This document shows, one piece after another, positions 17,903 to 28,300 of a stretch of DNA of 52,249 nt. The notes beneath the pieces were generated by a model. The model was not told the DNA's origin. It saw only the letters and a list, made by a program, of their open reading frames with translations, and made no database searches. How positions within the stretch are numbered: the first letter of the stretch is position 1; each line of letters starts with the position of its first letter. The DNA is from Anaerolineales bacterium UBA3001. Its GTDB lineage: Bacteria > Chloroflexota > Anaerolineae > Anaerolineales > UBA11657. Where the stretch lies: NCBI GenBank assembly GCA_002346435.1, contig DDZT01000018.1, forward strand, positions 61,853-114,101, given 5' to 3'. A program made the position numbers and the translations under genes.

Positions 17903-19029
17903 ATACCTAGAATTTGTCGTACTTGATCGAAGAATCCCTTTTCCCCTGTTTGCTCTTTAGGTTTGGCCCTGTCTTGGAATGTATTGCCTAACTCATTGAG
18001 TAAGCGTTCCTGTTCAGAAGTTGTTTGCTTAGGAATAGAAACAGTAGTGACCACAATTTGGTCTCCGCGCTTACCATTTCGCACGTTTGGTACTCCTACA
18101 CCTCTGAGTCGCAAGATATCACCAGATTGCGTGCCAGATGGTATGCGAAGTTCTTGCTTATCATCAATAGTAGGTATCATCACAGTAGTTCCTAGAGCTG
18201 CTTCAGTAATATTGATTTCTAATTCAAGTATGATGTCATTATTCCTGCGCTGGAAAAATTTGTGTTGTTCAACAGTAAGTGCTACATAAAGGTCACCATT
18301 GCGTTGTCCAAGCTGACCAGGTCCACCTTCACCTGTAAGACGGATTTGTGTCTCGTTGTCCACTCCGGCTGGTATACTAACGGAGAGTTTTCTTGTTGCA
18401 TTGTGTTGACCAACACCATTGCATTTAGTGCAGGGAGAGTTTATTTTCTCACCACTACCTTGACAATTTGGGCAAATCGCTACATTGACCATGGAACCCA
18501 GGAATGTTTGTCGTACTTCTTGTATTTCTCCATTGCCAGCGCATTGAACACATTTACTTATAGATGTTTCAGGTTCGGCACGATTTCCATTACATCGAGA
18601 GCAAAGCTCTGGACGTGTGATTTCAATTTCTTGAGTTGCACCATGCACAGCTTGGTCAAAAGAGATGTTAAGGTCATATCGTAGGTCAGATCCACGTCTT
18701 GGTTGTCTGCGTGAGCCATGGCGATTGCCTCCAAATCCTCCAAAAAATTGGTCAAAGATGTCGTCAAAAGGGAATCCGCTTGAGAAATCATTTACGCCCA
18801 TTCCCTTAAGACCTTCATGGCCATAACGGTCATATGCAGCGCGTTTCTCAGAGTCGGAAAGTACTCCATAAGCTTCGTTAAGATCTTTGAATTGTGCCTC
18901 AGATGATTCATCAGTATTAACATCAGGATGTAGTTTCTTTGCTAGTTGGCGGTATGCATTCTTGAGAGTAGCTGGGTCTGCATCCCGTGATACTCCGAGG
19001 ATTTCGTAGTAATCTTGTTGGCTAGACAT
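17899..19029 (-). CDS. dnaJ: molecular chaperone DnaJ (type I)
   Basis: The J domain is DYYEILGVSRDA...YRQLAKKLHPD. A G/F region follows. The four CxxCxGxG zinc motifs are CSRCNGNR, CVQCAGNG, CPNCQGSG and CTKCNGVG. Confidence 0.96.
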   Translation of the reverse strand: MSSQQDYYEILGVSRDADPATLKNAYRQLAKKLHPDVNTDESSEAQFKDLNEAYGVLSDSEKRAAYDRYGHEGLKGMGVNDFSSGFPFDDIFDQFFGGFGGNRHGSRRQPRRGSDLRYDLNISFDQAVHGATQEIEITRPELCSRCNGNRAEPETSISKCVQCAGNGEIQEVRQTFLGSMVNVAICPNCQGSGEKINSPCTKCNGVGQHNATRKLSVSIPAGVDNETQIRLTGEGGPGQLGQRNGDLYVALTVEQHKFFQRRNNDIILELEINITEAALGTTVMIPTIDDKQELRIPSGTQSGDILRLRGVGVPNVRNGKRGDQIVVTTVSIPKQTTSEQERLLNELGNTFQDRAKPKEQTGEKGFFDQVRQILGM

Positions 19030-19083
19030 GGTAGTTACTAGTTATGGTGTGATTAATCATTTTCTGTCAGCAATTATGCTATA

Positions 19084-21009
19084 TCATACCTCATTGAAAT
19101 CACCATCAACTACATCAGAGTCCGAGTCAGGTATACTCTCATTCGTTTCATCAGCGTCGGTGTTTGTTTTAGGTGCTTCAGTGTTTTCATCATCTGAACC
19201 TTGATCAGCTTGTGACATCAAGATGGAAACTTTTTCAACTTCTTGTTGTAATTGTGATGTCGAATCCTTTATGCTTGCGATGTCTTCACCTGTCAAGTTT
19301 TCTTGGAGACTATCCATTTTTGCTTGCAAACTCTGTTTTGTGTCAACATCTATGTTGTCGTCCAGTTCGTTGTTAATACGGGATGCTCTATGTAAAACTG
19401 AGTTTCCAGCGTTGTGGACCTCTATGAGTTCCTTTCGTTGATTATCTTCCTCTCTATGTTTTTCCGCAGCAGCGATCATTTTTGCGATATCTTTATCCGA
19501 TAGACCCGAGGAACCTTGAATAGTTACGTTTTGACTACGGTTGCTGGCTTTATCTTTTGCACTAACATTTAATATGCCGTCCGCATCTATATCAAAAGTA
19601 ACTTCTATTTGAGGTGTGCCACGAGGAGCAGATGGTATTCCGTCTAATACAAATTTACCAAGACTTTTATTATCAGTAGCCATGGACCTCTCACCTTGAA
19701 TTACATTTATCTCAACTGCGGATTGGTTGTCAGATGCTGTGGAGAATACTTGACTTTTTGTGGTAGGAACCGTTGTATTACGCTCAATTAGGGCAGTGGA
19801 TATTCCACCAAGAGTTTCAATGCTGAGTGTAAGTGGTGTCACATCAAGTAATAGGACATCTTTTACGTCACCTCCGAGAACTCCAGCCTGTATAGCAGCA
19901 CCAATGGCGACAACTTCATCTGGATTAACTTTCTTGTTCGGTTCGCGATCGAAGAACTGGCGTACAGCCTCTTGAACTCCAGGCATGCGAGTCATGCCTC
20001 CAACTAGTACAACCTCATCTACATCTGATACAGATAAGCGTGCGTCCTCCAAAGCTGTTTCTACAGGTTTAATGGATTGTTCGATTAAGTCCTCCGTTAG
20101 TTCCTCTAGTTTTGATCGCGACAGTGTGTAGTTAAGGTGTTTTGGACCACTTGCGTCTGCAGTGATGAATGGGAGATTGATTTCAGTTTGCATAACAGTG
20201 CTCAGTTCAATCTTGGCTTTTTCCGCTGCTTCTCTAATTCTTTGCAGCGCTTGTTTGTCTTCGTTAAGGTTGATGCCTTGGTCCTTACTGTAATGGTCTG
20301 TAATCCATTCAACAACGCGTACATCGAAATCATCGCCTCCTAGGTGGGTATTGCCATTGGTTGCTTGTACTTCAAACACTCCATCACCCACGTCAAGAAT
20401 AGATACATCAAATGTTCCGCCTCCCAAATCAAAGACTGCTATTGTTTCTTCAGACCGTTTTTCGAGACCATATGCTAGTGCAGAAGCTGTGGGTTCGTTG
20501 ATGATTCGTAGTACCTCCAGACCCGCTATGCGACCAGCATCCTTAGTTGCTTGACGTTGAGCGTCATTAAAGTAAGCAGGTACGGTTATTACTGCTTGTG
20601 TTACTGAGGCGCCCAGGTAAGATTCAGCATCGTTTTTTAGTTTGGCTAGTATCATTGCTGATACTTCTTGCGGCGAGTATTCCTTTTCGTTCATATGTAC
20701 AAGCAATTCTCCATTTTCATCACTACTTACTTTGTAGGGAATATGTTTAAGAGCTCTTTGTACTTCGGGGTCATCAAATTTACGACCCATAAAACGCTTT
20801 ACAGAAAAAAGAGTATTGTCTGGATTTGTAATTGCCTGTCTGCGTGCTACTTGTCCTACCATTCGTTCGCCGGTTTTCGGATTAACTGCTACAACTGAAG
20901 GCACAAGTCGTCCACCTTCTGAGCTAGATATAACATGAGCCTCTCCGGCTTCCATTACTGATACTACTGAGTTAGTTGTACCGAGATCTATTCCAATGAT
21001 TTTTCCCAT
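19084..21009 (-). CDS. dnaK: molecular chaperone DnaK (Hsp70)
   Basis: 641 aa with [34 protein letters not shown] and other canonical Hsp70 signatures. Confidence 0.98.
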   Translation of the reverse strand: MGKIIGIDLGTTNSVVSVMEAGEAHVISSSEGGRLVPSVVAVNPKTGERMVGQVARRQAITNPDNTLFSVKRFMGRKFDDPEVQRALKHIPYKVSSDENGELLVHMNEKEYSPQEVSAMILAKLKNDAESYLGASVTQAVITVPAYFNDAQRQATKDAGRIAGLEVLRIINEPTASALAYGLEKRSEETIAVFDLGGGTFDVSILDVGDGVFEVQATNGNTHLGGDDFDVRVVEWITDHYSKDQGINLNEDKQALQRIREAAEKAKIELSTVMQTEINLPFITADASGPKHLNYTLSRSKLEELTEDLIEQSIKPVETALEDARLSVSDVDEVVLVGGMTRMPGVQEAVRQFFDREPNKKVNPDEVVAIGAAIQAGVLGGDVKDVLLLDVTPLTLSIETLGGISTALIERNTTVPTTKSQVFSTASDNQSAVEINVIQGERSMATDNKSLGKFVLDGIPSAPRGTPQIEVTFDIDADGILNVSAKDKASNRSQNVTIQGSSGLSDKDIAKMIAAAEKHREEDNQRKELIEVHNAGNSVLHRASRINNELDDNIDVDTKQSLQAKMDSLQENLTGEDIASIKDSTSQLQQEVEKVSILMSQADQGSDDENTEAPKTNTDADETNESIPDSDSDVVDGDFNEV

Positions 21010-21039
21010 AATGTTTTAATAAACCTTATAAATTATTCT

Positions 21040-21666
21040 CTACTCAGCAACGCGTACTTGAGCAGGCCTTAATATCCGTTCGCCAAGCAAGTAACCTGGT
21101 CTTACCATAGCGATTATTACATCACTAGCATAATCATCATGGGCTTCTTGCATAATTGCTTCATGTATGTGTGGATCGAATGGTTCTCCTGGCTTAGCTT
21201 TGATAGTTACTACTTTTTCCTTTTCGAATAAAGATAGTATTTTCCGATGAATCATATTAAAGCCCTCGCTCCATTTTGCACCATCTCCTGTAGCTGGCAG
21301 CGATTCGAGTGCTAATTGCAAATCGTCAACTATAGGAAAAAATTGCGATAGCAACTCAGCAGCAGCATTTTGGTGAGCTAGTTGCATTTCCTGAGATTTG
21401 CGACGCTTGAAGTTCTGAAAATCAGCCAAAGCACGTTGTTGTCCCTCTAGTCTATCGGCTGCAAGTGTTTCAGCGGTAGAAAGTTTTTCAAGCCACTGCT
21501 CTATTGTAAGGTCTTCCAAAGCAATAGCATCATCTTTTTTGTTGTATTCTTCATCATCTGTTGTGTCTGTAATGTTCTCCATAGCATTGTCATTTTGATC
21601 TACATTCTCTTTCTGATTAGAATTATTGGACAAATTAGTGTCTGTATTTTGATTTGAATCCTTCAT
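21040..21666 (-). CDS. grpE: nucleotide exchange factor GrpE
   Basis: 208 aa with a low-complexity N-terminus. It then reads RALADFQNFKRR...FDPHIHEAIM...V..GY.L.ERILRPAQVRV. It lies between hrcA and dnaK. Confidence 0.93.
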   Translation of the reverse strand: MKDSNQNTDTNLSNNSNQKENVDQNDNAMENITDTTDDEEYNKKDDAIALEDLTIEQWLEKLSTAETLAADRLEGQQRALADFQNFKRRKSQEMQLAHQNAAAELLSQFFPIVDDLQLALESLPATGDGAKWSEGFNMIHRKILSLFEKEKVVTIKAKPGEPFDPHIHEAIMQEAHDDYASDVIIAMVRPGYLLGERILRPAQVRVAE

Positions 21667-21690
21667 AGTATCTCGTCTCTTTGAAATATT

Positions 21691-22728
21691 TTATCCATAA
21701 CTGTCATGTACTAGTTGTGTCATTAACTTAGCTACATGCCGAACTGCACCTATAGCTCGATCATAAGCCATACGTGTGGGACCAAATACCCCTAAAGTTC
21801 CTGTAGCAATGTTTGGGCTTCCATATCGTGCAAGAACCATCGAACATTCTTTTAACTCTTTCCAATCACCTTCACCTGCGATTACAACTGTAACGCCATC
21901 AAATGGAGACTGTATAGCTGATTCTAAAAAATTTTCCATGTATGTACGCTTCTCTAGTAATTGAAGTGCATTTCTAGCTGGTTCTGAATTGGTAAATTCT
22001 CTTTGTGATAGCACATTTTGAATTCCATCTAAATACAATTCTCCTGCAGCAAATGAATCTGCTTTCTGCATGGTGACTGAAACTTGGTGAAGTATGGTGT
22101 TTTCTAGATTATCCTCAATTAAGCTGCGTTGATTTTCAATGTGGCTTGCACTTCTATTTTTGTAATGTTTAGTTAATCTTTCTGCTAAATCTGACAATTT
22201 TGTCTGTGAGATTGGATAATCAACTGAAAAAATTTCTTGTAGTACTTCGCCTCCTAGTAGAACTAGGACCAATAAAATATGTTGTCTATATGTTGATATA
22301 AGTTCTATATGTTTAACTTGTGCTTTATGGCTGTGCAAAGCTGTTACAAGACCAGCTACTTGAGTATGGCGTGCTAGAACATTGGCTGCAAGCTTACCCC
22401 ATTCATTAACGCTAGTTCGTGCTTGATAGAATTGATGACTAATTTTACGACATTCAGATCGCGGCAAAGCATATGTTTTTACTAGGTATCGTACAAAATA
22501 TCGATAACCTATTTCTGTAGGTATTCGACCAGCAGATGTGTGAGGCTGATGTAGTAAATCCAAATTAGATAGTACAGCCATTTCATTTCTGACAGTGGCA
22601 GTACTCCAATCTAGCCTATGCTTATCAACAAGTGTTTGTGAGCTTACCCCACTATTTTTGGGATTCTTGACGTATTCACGTACTATGAGACCCAAAATTT
22701 TTTCTTGTCTATCAGTTAATATTTGCAT
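21691..22728 (-). CDS. hrcA: heat-inducible transcription repressor HrcA
   Basis: 345 aa: LTDRQEKILGLIVREYV....VSSQTLV......STATVRNEMAVL..LDLL.QPHTSAGRIPT. It is the first gene of the operon, with a CIRCE element upstream. Confidence 0.93.
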   Translation of the reverse strand: MQILTDRQEKILGLIVREYVKNPKNSGVSSQTLVDKHRLDWSTATVRNEMAVLSNLDLLHQPHTSAGRIPTEIGYRYFVRYLVKTYALPRSECRKISHQFYQARTSVNEWGKLAANVLARHTQVAGLVTALHSHKAQVKHIELISTYRQHILLVLVLLGGEVLQEIFSVDYPISQTKLSDLAERLTKHYKNRSASHIENQRSLIEDNLENTILHQVSVTMQKADSFAAGELYLDGIQNVLSQREFTNSEPARNALQLLEKRTYMENFLESAIQSPFDGVTVVIAGEGDWKELKECSMVLARYGSPNIATGTLGVFGPTRMAYDRAIGAVRHVAKLMTQLVHDSYG

Positions 22729-22749
22729 TTATCTCAATTCCATGCTAAT

Positions 22750-22776
22750 TTAGCACTCTAAGCACTAGACTGCTAA
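22750..22776. promoter_or_regulatory. CIRCE operator (HrcA binding site)
   Basis: TTAGCACTC-taagcacta-GACTGCTAA, versus the consensus TTAGCACTC-N9-GAGTGCTAA (1 mismatch). It lies between the predicted -10 element and the hrcA start. Confidence 0.85.
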
Positions 22777-22789
22777 ATCACTGTTATCA

Positions 22790-22819
22790 ATCATACCATG
22801 CGTGCTTTAAGAGTGTCAA
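22790..22819 (-). promoter_or_regulatory. sigma70-like promoter of the hrcA operon (TTGACA-18 nt-TATGAT)
   Basis: The minus strand reads TTGACActcttaaagcacgcatggTATGAT, immediately upstream of the CIRCE element. Confidence 0.55.
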
Positions 22820-22861
22820 GAAACGGGGTATAATCCAATATTAAGGAGCTAGATTTTTGGT

Positions 22862-23287
22862 ATGTCTGACAATCCTATTCGTATTCTTATTGCAAAGCCT
22901 GGTCTAGATGGTCATGATAGAGGCGCCAAGATTATTGCTCGAGCATTGCGCGATGCAGGTTTGGAAGTAATTTACACAGGCCTCAGGCAGTCTCCTATGA
23001 TGATTGTTGAAGCAGCTATGCAGGAGGATGTTAAGGCGATTGGTGTTTCCATTCTTTCTGGTGCGCATCAAGTATTGGTTCCGCGCATAATTAATCTGCT
23101 ACATGAAAAGGGTTTGGGCCATGTACCATTGCTTGTCGGTGGAATAATTCCTGAAAATGATGTTGATGAATTATTCCAGTTGGGAGTAGCTGGTGTATTT
23201 GGTCCAGGTACGAGCACATCAGATATAGTATCACTGGTGCAAGACGTGGTTTCCTCCAACAAGAACAAAATCAATTATTCAGCATAA
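22862..23287 (+). CDS. methylmalonyl-CoA mutase family, stand-alone cobalamin-binding small subunit
   Basis: 141 aa: [39 protein letters not shown], including the DxHxxG B12-binding motif, then ...GVSILSGAH...GGIIP. Confidence 0.88.
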   Translation: MSDNPIRILIAKPGLDGHDRGAKIIARALRDAGLEVIYTGLRQSPMMIVEAAMQEDVKAIGVSILSGAHQVLVPRIINLLHEKGLGHVPLLVGGIIPENDVDELFQLGVAGVFGPGTSTSDIVSLVQDVVSSNKNKINYSA

Positions 23288-23288
23288 C

Positions 23289-24311
23289 ATGTCTTTGACA
23301 AAACAAATAATATCTGGTGACCGGAGGGCATTAGCTCAGGCACTAACGCTCATTGAAAATGATGACCACAGCAGTCAACACATTCTTACTGATGTATATA
23401 GGCATACAGGTTGCGCTCATCTTATTGGTATAACAGGTATTCCGGGTGTAGGCAAATCAACCCTCATAAATTCTTTGGCTAAATTGATGCGAAAATCTGG
23501 TGATAAGCTAGGATTACTGGCAATTGACCCTAGTAGTCAGTTCAGTCAAGGCGCTATTCTAGGTGATCGTATCCGCATGAAAGATTTGTTGGGTGATGAA
23601 GGCATCTTCATAAGGAGTATGGCTAGCCGAGGTGTTCTTGGAGGTCTTTCGTCTACAACAGCAGCTGCGGTTGACCTTCTTGATGCTGCTGGTTTTGATC
23701 GAGTAATTGTTGAAACAGTTGGTGTAGGTCAGTCAGAAGTTGATATTGCCTCTAATGCACAGACTTCAATTGTAGTACTTTGCCCAGGTTTAGGTGATTC
23801 GATTCAAGCCGCTAAATCTGGTATTCTAGAGATAGCCGATATCATAGTTATAAACAAATCCGATTATCCTGAAGTAAATCTTACCAAGAGTTATTTGCGT
23901 GAGATGATTGATATTGGTAGTGCAGCTCAAACTAGTGGTTCAGAGACACAAAATATCATTGATGATATAAATGAAAAGTTAGACACAGACAGTAGTATAT
24001 GGGAAGTACCTATAATTACTACTGTTGCTACTACCGGAGAAGGTATAGGTGATTTGTTTGAGCAGTTGTTAGCTCATTATGAGCATATCAAATCTACTGG
24101 GGAGATTATTAGACGGCGTCATAGCCGGCTGCGTGCAATATTTGAGTCACAGTTGCGCAAACAATTGTATACTAAGTTATCGCAGATGTTGTCTGAGGAT
24201 TACTGTCTTAGACAATTAGAAGTGATTATGGAAAGAGAAACTGATCCATATACAGCAGCTACAAATTGTATCAAACATTTCGAGACAAATTATATCGGTG
24301 ATGAGGATTGA
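23289..24311 (+). CDS. meaB: methylmalonyl-CoA mutase-associated GTPase MeaB/ArgK
   Basis: 340 aa with the P-loop GITGIPGVGKSTLI, then AIDPSS..S.GAILGDRIRM, VETVGVGQSE and INKSD. Confidence 0.88.
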   Translation: MSLTKQIISGDRRALAQALTLIENDDHSSQHILTDVYRHTGCAHLIGITGIPGVGKSTLINSLAKLMRKSGDKLGLLAIDPSSQFSQGAILGDRIRMKDLLGDEGIFIRSMASRGVLGGLSSTTAAAVDLLDAAGFDRVIVETVGVGQSEVDIASNAQTSIVVLCPGLGDSIQAAKSGILEIADIIVINKSDYPEVNLTKSYLREMIDIGSAAQTSGSETQNIIDDINEKLDTDSSIWEVPIITTVATTGEGIGDLFEQLLAHYEHIKSTGEIIRRRHSRLRAIFESQLRKQLYTKLSQMLSEDYCLRQLEVIMERETDPYTAATNCIKHFETNYIGDED

Positions 24312-24314
24312 AAT

Positions 24315-25295
24315 ATGACACGATTAAAAGGTCAAGACACACATATGTATGGTGAGATCCGCCTATATGCAGGATCTTCCTGTCCTGTGCTTGCTCAGGA
24401 GATAAGTGATTATCTAGGGGTGCCACTTAGTGGGCGAGATTTAATTCGGTTCCCTAATGAGAATCAATTTTGCAGATTACATGCAAGTGCTAGAGGACAA
24501 GATGTCTATGTAATACAGAGTACAGCATCGCCTGTTAATGACAATTTGATGGAATTGCTAATTATGTTACAAACTTTGCGTCTCGATTCGGTTGGCCGAT
24601 TGACATCGGTGGTGCCTTATTTATGTTATTCGCGTTCTGACAAGAAGGATCAACCACGTGTACCGATTGCTGCGAGACTCGTAGCTGATATGATAGAAGT
24701 TGCTGGATCAGATCGTTATATGACCTTAGATTTACATGCGGGTCAGATCCAGGGGTTTTTCAACATACCAGGTGACGTGTTAACTGCTTTTCATATGCTC
24801 AGCGCTCATTTCCAGAAATTACGTGATGATATGAAAGATCCTGTAGTTGTGACAGCTGATTTGGGTTTTGCAAAAAAAGGACGTAACTTTGCTGCTAAGC
24901 TTGATATGCCAATTGCTTTTATTGAGAAGCGTCGTAAGCGTAATGAGCCCAAATCAGAGATCGTGGGTGTTATAGGTGATGTAAGTGATCGTGACGTCAT
25001 CATAGTTGATGATGAAGTGGACACAGCTGGGTCAGTTACCCAGGCATTGGAAATTGTTAAAAAACAAGGTGCTCGAGATGTCTATCTTTCATTTGTTCAT
25101 GCAATTCTCTCAGACCCTGCTTTTGAAAGACTTAGCAAAGCAGATTTTAAGAGTATAGTGACAACAAATACTGTGCATATTCCAAATGAAAAAATCCTTC
25201 CTAATATGACAGTATTATCCATTGCACCGCTTCTGGCTGAGGTAATATTGCGTGCTCATGAAGGCCGTAGTGTTGGTGAGATGTTTAATGAATAA
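24315..25295 (+). CDS. prs: ribose-phosphate pyrophosphokinase (PRPP synthetase)
   Basis: 326 aa with ...DVYVIQS...NDNLMELLIM...RLDSVGRLTSVVPY..YSRSDKK, DLHAGQIQGFF and the PRPP loop IIVDDEVDTAGS. The true start may be Met11. Confidence 0.93.
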   Translation: MTRLKGQDTHMYGEIRLYAGSSCPVLAQEISDYLGVPLSGRDLIRFPNENQFCRLHASARGQDVYVIQSTASPVNDNLMELLIMLQTLRLDSVGRLTSVVPYLCYSRSDKKDQPRVPIAARLVADMIEVAGSDRYMTLDLHAGQIQGFFNIPGDVLTAFHMLSAHFQKLRDDMKDPVVVTADLGFAKKGRNFAAKLDMPIAFIEKRRKRNEPKSEIVGVIGDVSDRDVIIVDDEVDTAGSVTQALEIVKKQGARDVYLSFVHAILSDPAFERLSKADFKSIVTTNTVHIPNEKILPNMTVLSIAPLLAEVILRAHEGRSVGEMFNE

Positions 25296-25308
25296 CCCAC
25301 TAAATTAA

Positions 25309-28300
25309 ATGCTTAAAAAGATCCTTACTGTTGTTGGTGGAAATCCTACTGCGCGCGACTTAAAACTATACGAACAAGTTGCTGCAGATATTGATTATCT
25401 AGAGCCTGAATATAAGGCTCTGAGCGATTCTGAACTACGCTCAAAAACCGACTTTTTTAGAGAGAAATTACAATCTGCGATATCTGGTATTCCGGATTTG
25501 GAAGATCAGCTTGAAATGGAATCTCAAGTCATGCAAGATATTCTAACACATGCATTTGCGACTGTTCGTGAGGCTGCGGTGAGAACTATTGGATTAAGGC
25601 ACTATCCAGTCCAGTTGGTAGGTGGTCAAGTTCTTCATGATGGTCGTATTGCAGAAATGAGAACTGGTGAGGGTAAGACCCTAGTAGCTACATTACCACT
25701 TTATTTAAATGCGTTAGTGGGTAGGGGTGCACATTTAGTTACAGTGAATGATTATCTGGCACGTCGAGATGCAAAGTGGATGGGTCCTATTTTCCATATG
25801 TTAGGTATGAGCGTTGGTATATTACAGGATGCATCACGTACAGATAATGCACAAATGGCATACTTGTTTGATCCAACGCAAGAGTCTCCTCAAGAGGACA
25901 ATAACTTGGTTAGATTAGTGCCGCGTAATGAAGCTTATTCTGCTGATATTACTTATGGTACCAACAATGAATTTGGGTTTGACTATCTACGTGACAATAT
26001 TGCCCATCGGATAGAAGATCGTCGTCAACGTGAACTTCACTACTCTATCATTGATGAAGTAGATAATGTTCTGATTGATAGTGCGCGTACACCATTGATT
26101 ATTTCTGGTCCTGCCCAAGATGATCCGGAAATGTATATTGAGTTAGCGAAGGTAGTGCGGAGGCTTAAACCAGAACATTATGAAATTGATGATCGGTCTC
26201 GTACTATGTCCATGACTGATGAAGGTTACGATCGGGTTGAAGAGATTTTAGGCAAAACACTCCGTGATCCAGACAGTCCTGAAGATATAACAATGGAGCA
26301 AGCTCAAATTCAATCTCATCTTGAACAAGCACTGCGTGCCGAATTCATTTTCAAACGCAATAAAGATTACTTGGTTCGCGGTGGTAGAGTAGTAATAGTA
26401 GATGATTTTACCGGTCGAGTAATGCCTGGGCGTCGTTGGTCTGATGGTTTGCATCAAGCGGTGGAGGCCAAAGAGGGCGTGGCAATTCAAGCTGAAAACG
26501 TAACATACGCTACTATAACTTTACAAAACTTTTTTAGGATGTATAACACACTTTCTGGTATGTCAGGTACCGCTGTTACTGAAGCAGAAGAGTTTGACAA
26601 AATCTACCAGATTGATGTTGTTCCAATACCTACCCATCTTGATTTTCGTGCTAGGGTTGATCCTGAGTTAACTGAAATATCTTACAAAGAAGAAGGCTCG
26701 AAATTCTCATATATTGCAAACGTAAATGATCCGGATAATCCATTGCTGCATCGTCGTAAAGACTATGATGACCTAGTATTTCGGACTGAAGAAGCCAAAT
26801 TACGCTCTCTTACTCAGGAGGTGCTTGCTAGACATGTGTCGGGACAACCCATGCTAATTGGCACTACTTCAGTCGAGTCTTCTGAGCATCTATCTATGCG
26901 TTTTAGATCTACTGAGCTAAGACAGATTGCTTTGGTATGGTTGTTGCGTGATATCTGGTTTGAACAAAATGAGCGTGAGGAAGATGGGCGTGCAGTTCCG
27001 GAATTGTCAGACCTAAACTTACCTCTTGATAAGTTGAAGAAATCACATTTACGATCTTTGGGTAAGGATCTCAAAGTTCGACTGAATCCTACAACCCAAG
27101 ATAACTTGGTGCGTTTGTGCAATATTCTGGGATTGGAAGATAGCCTAGCTATAGATTTGAAAACTGTGCTAGAGGCTGGTATGTCCTGCCAAGTATTGAA
27201 TGCCAAAAAGCATGATGAAGAGTCTCGGATTATAGCTCGTGCTGGTTCTCTAGGTGCAATTACTATAGCAACTAACATGGCTGGACGTGGCGTGGATATA
27301 AAGCTAGGTGGGGAGATATCTGAGGACACTCTTGCAAATGTCAACAGAGTACTGAAAAGGTCCGGGCAATTTGATGCATTTGATATGACTCATGAGTCTC
27401 GTAAAAAAGCTCTTCAATTGCTGTCTAATGATGATTACGGAATATATGTAGATGAAGTAAAGACTTTTTTGAAGTATATGCTGGATGAGCAATTAGTAAG
27501 AGAATTAGGTGGTTTGCACGTTGTTGGATCTGAACGACATGAAGCGCGTCGTATAGATAATCAGCTACGCGGACGTGCTTCTAGGCAAGGAGATCCAGGA
27601 TCCAGTAGATTTTACTTGTCACTTGAAGATGAACTGATGCGACGATTTGGCGGGGCTAATGTATCCAGTTTAATGGAGAAATTAAATATTGACGAGGCTA
27701 TGCCTATTGAGCATGGCATAGTGAACAAGAGTATCGAACAATCCCAGACTCGAGTTGAGGGAGCCAATTTTGATGTTCGTAAGCATTTGTTGGAATATGA
27801 TGATGTACTTAATGTCCAACGTACCAAGTTTTATGATCAGCGCGATCGTATATTTGGTAAAGAAGACTTGACTTCCGACGTTGCTGAAATGTTAGCCTCA
27901 GAAGTTAACCGTAGAGTTACCCTATTCACTAAAGATGAAGAGGGATGGTGGCGTCTTTTGGCATGGCTTGACAATGTACAGCCGACTATAGAGAGTAACG
28001 ATAGCGATCTGTTCTTTTCATTTAGCATAGAGTTATTATTAGATGCGCTTGGTGAAACTGTTTCAAGCCTAGGTAATTTGTGGTTGGCACAGCAAGGATC
28101 AGAAGAGACAATAGATTTAGAGGACTGCAAGCGAATTGTTGCAGAAGAACGAAGTAATGTCATTGAAGCTTTGTTGACAATGGCTCGTCGTTCCGCAGAT
28201 CTTGCTTTGGAACGAATGCTTATAGCATATAGTGCTGAGATAAACAATTTGGAAGATCAGATACCAAGGTTTATCAATGAAAAATGTGAACTAGCAGACA

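Noticed and set aside
26814-28247. Two long minus-strand ORFs (176 aa and 136 aa) inside secA.
   Set aside because: They are antisense to a CDS whose conserved motifs continue through the region. The products are Ser/Arg-rich with no recognisable motifs, which is typical of shadow ORFs.
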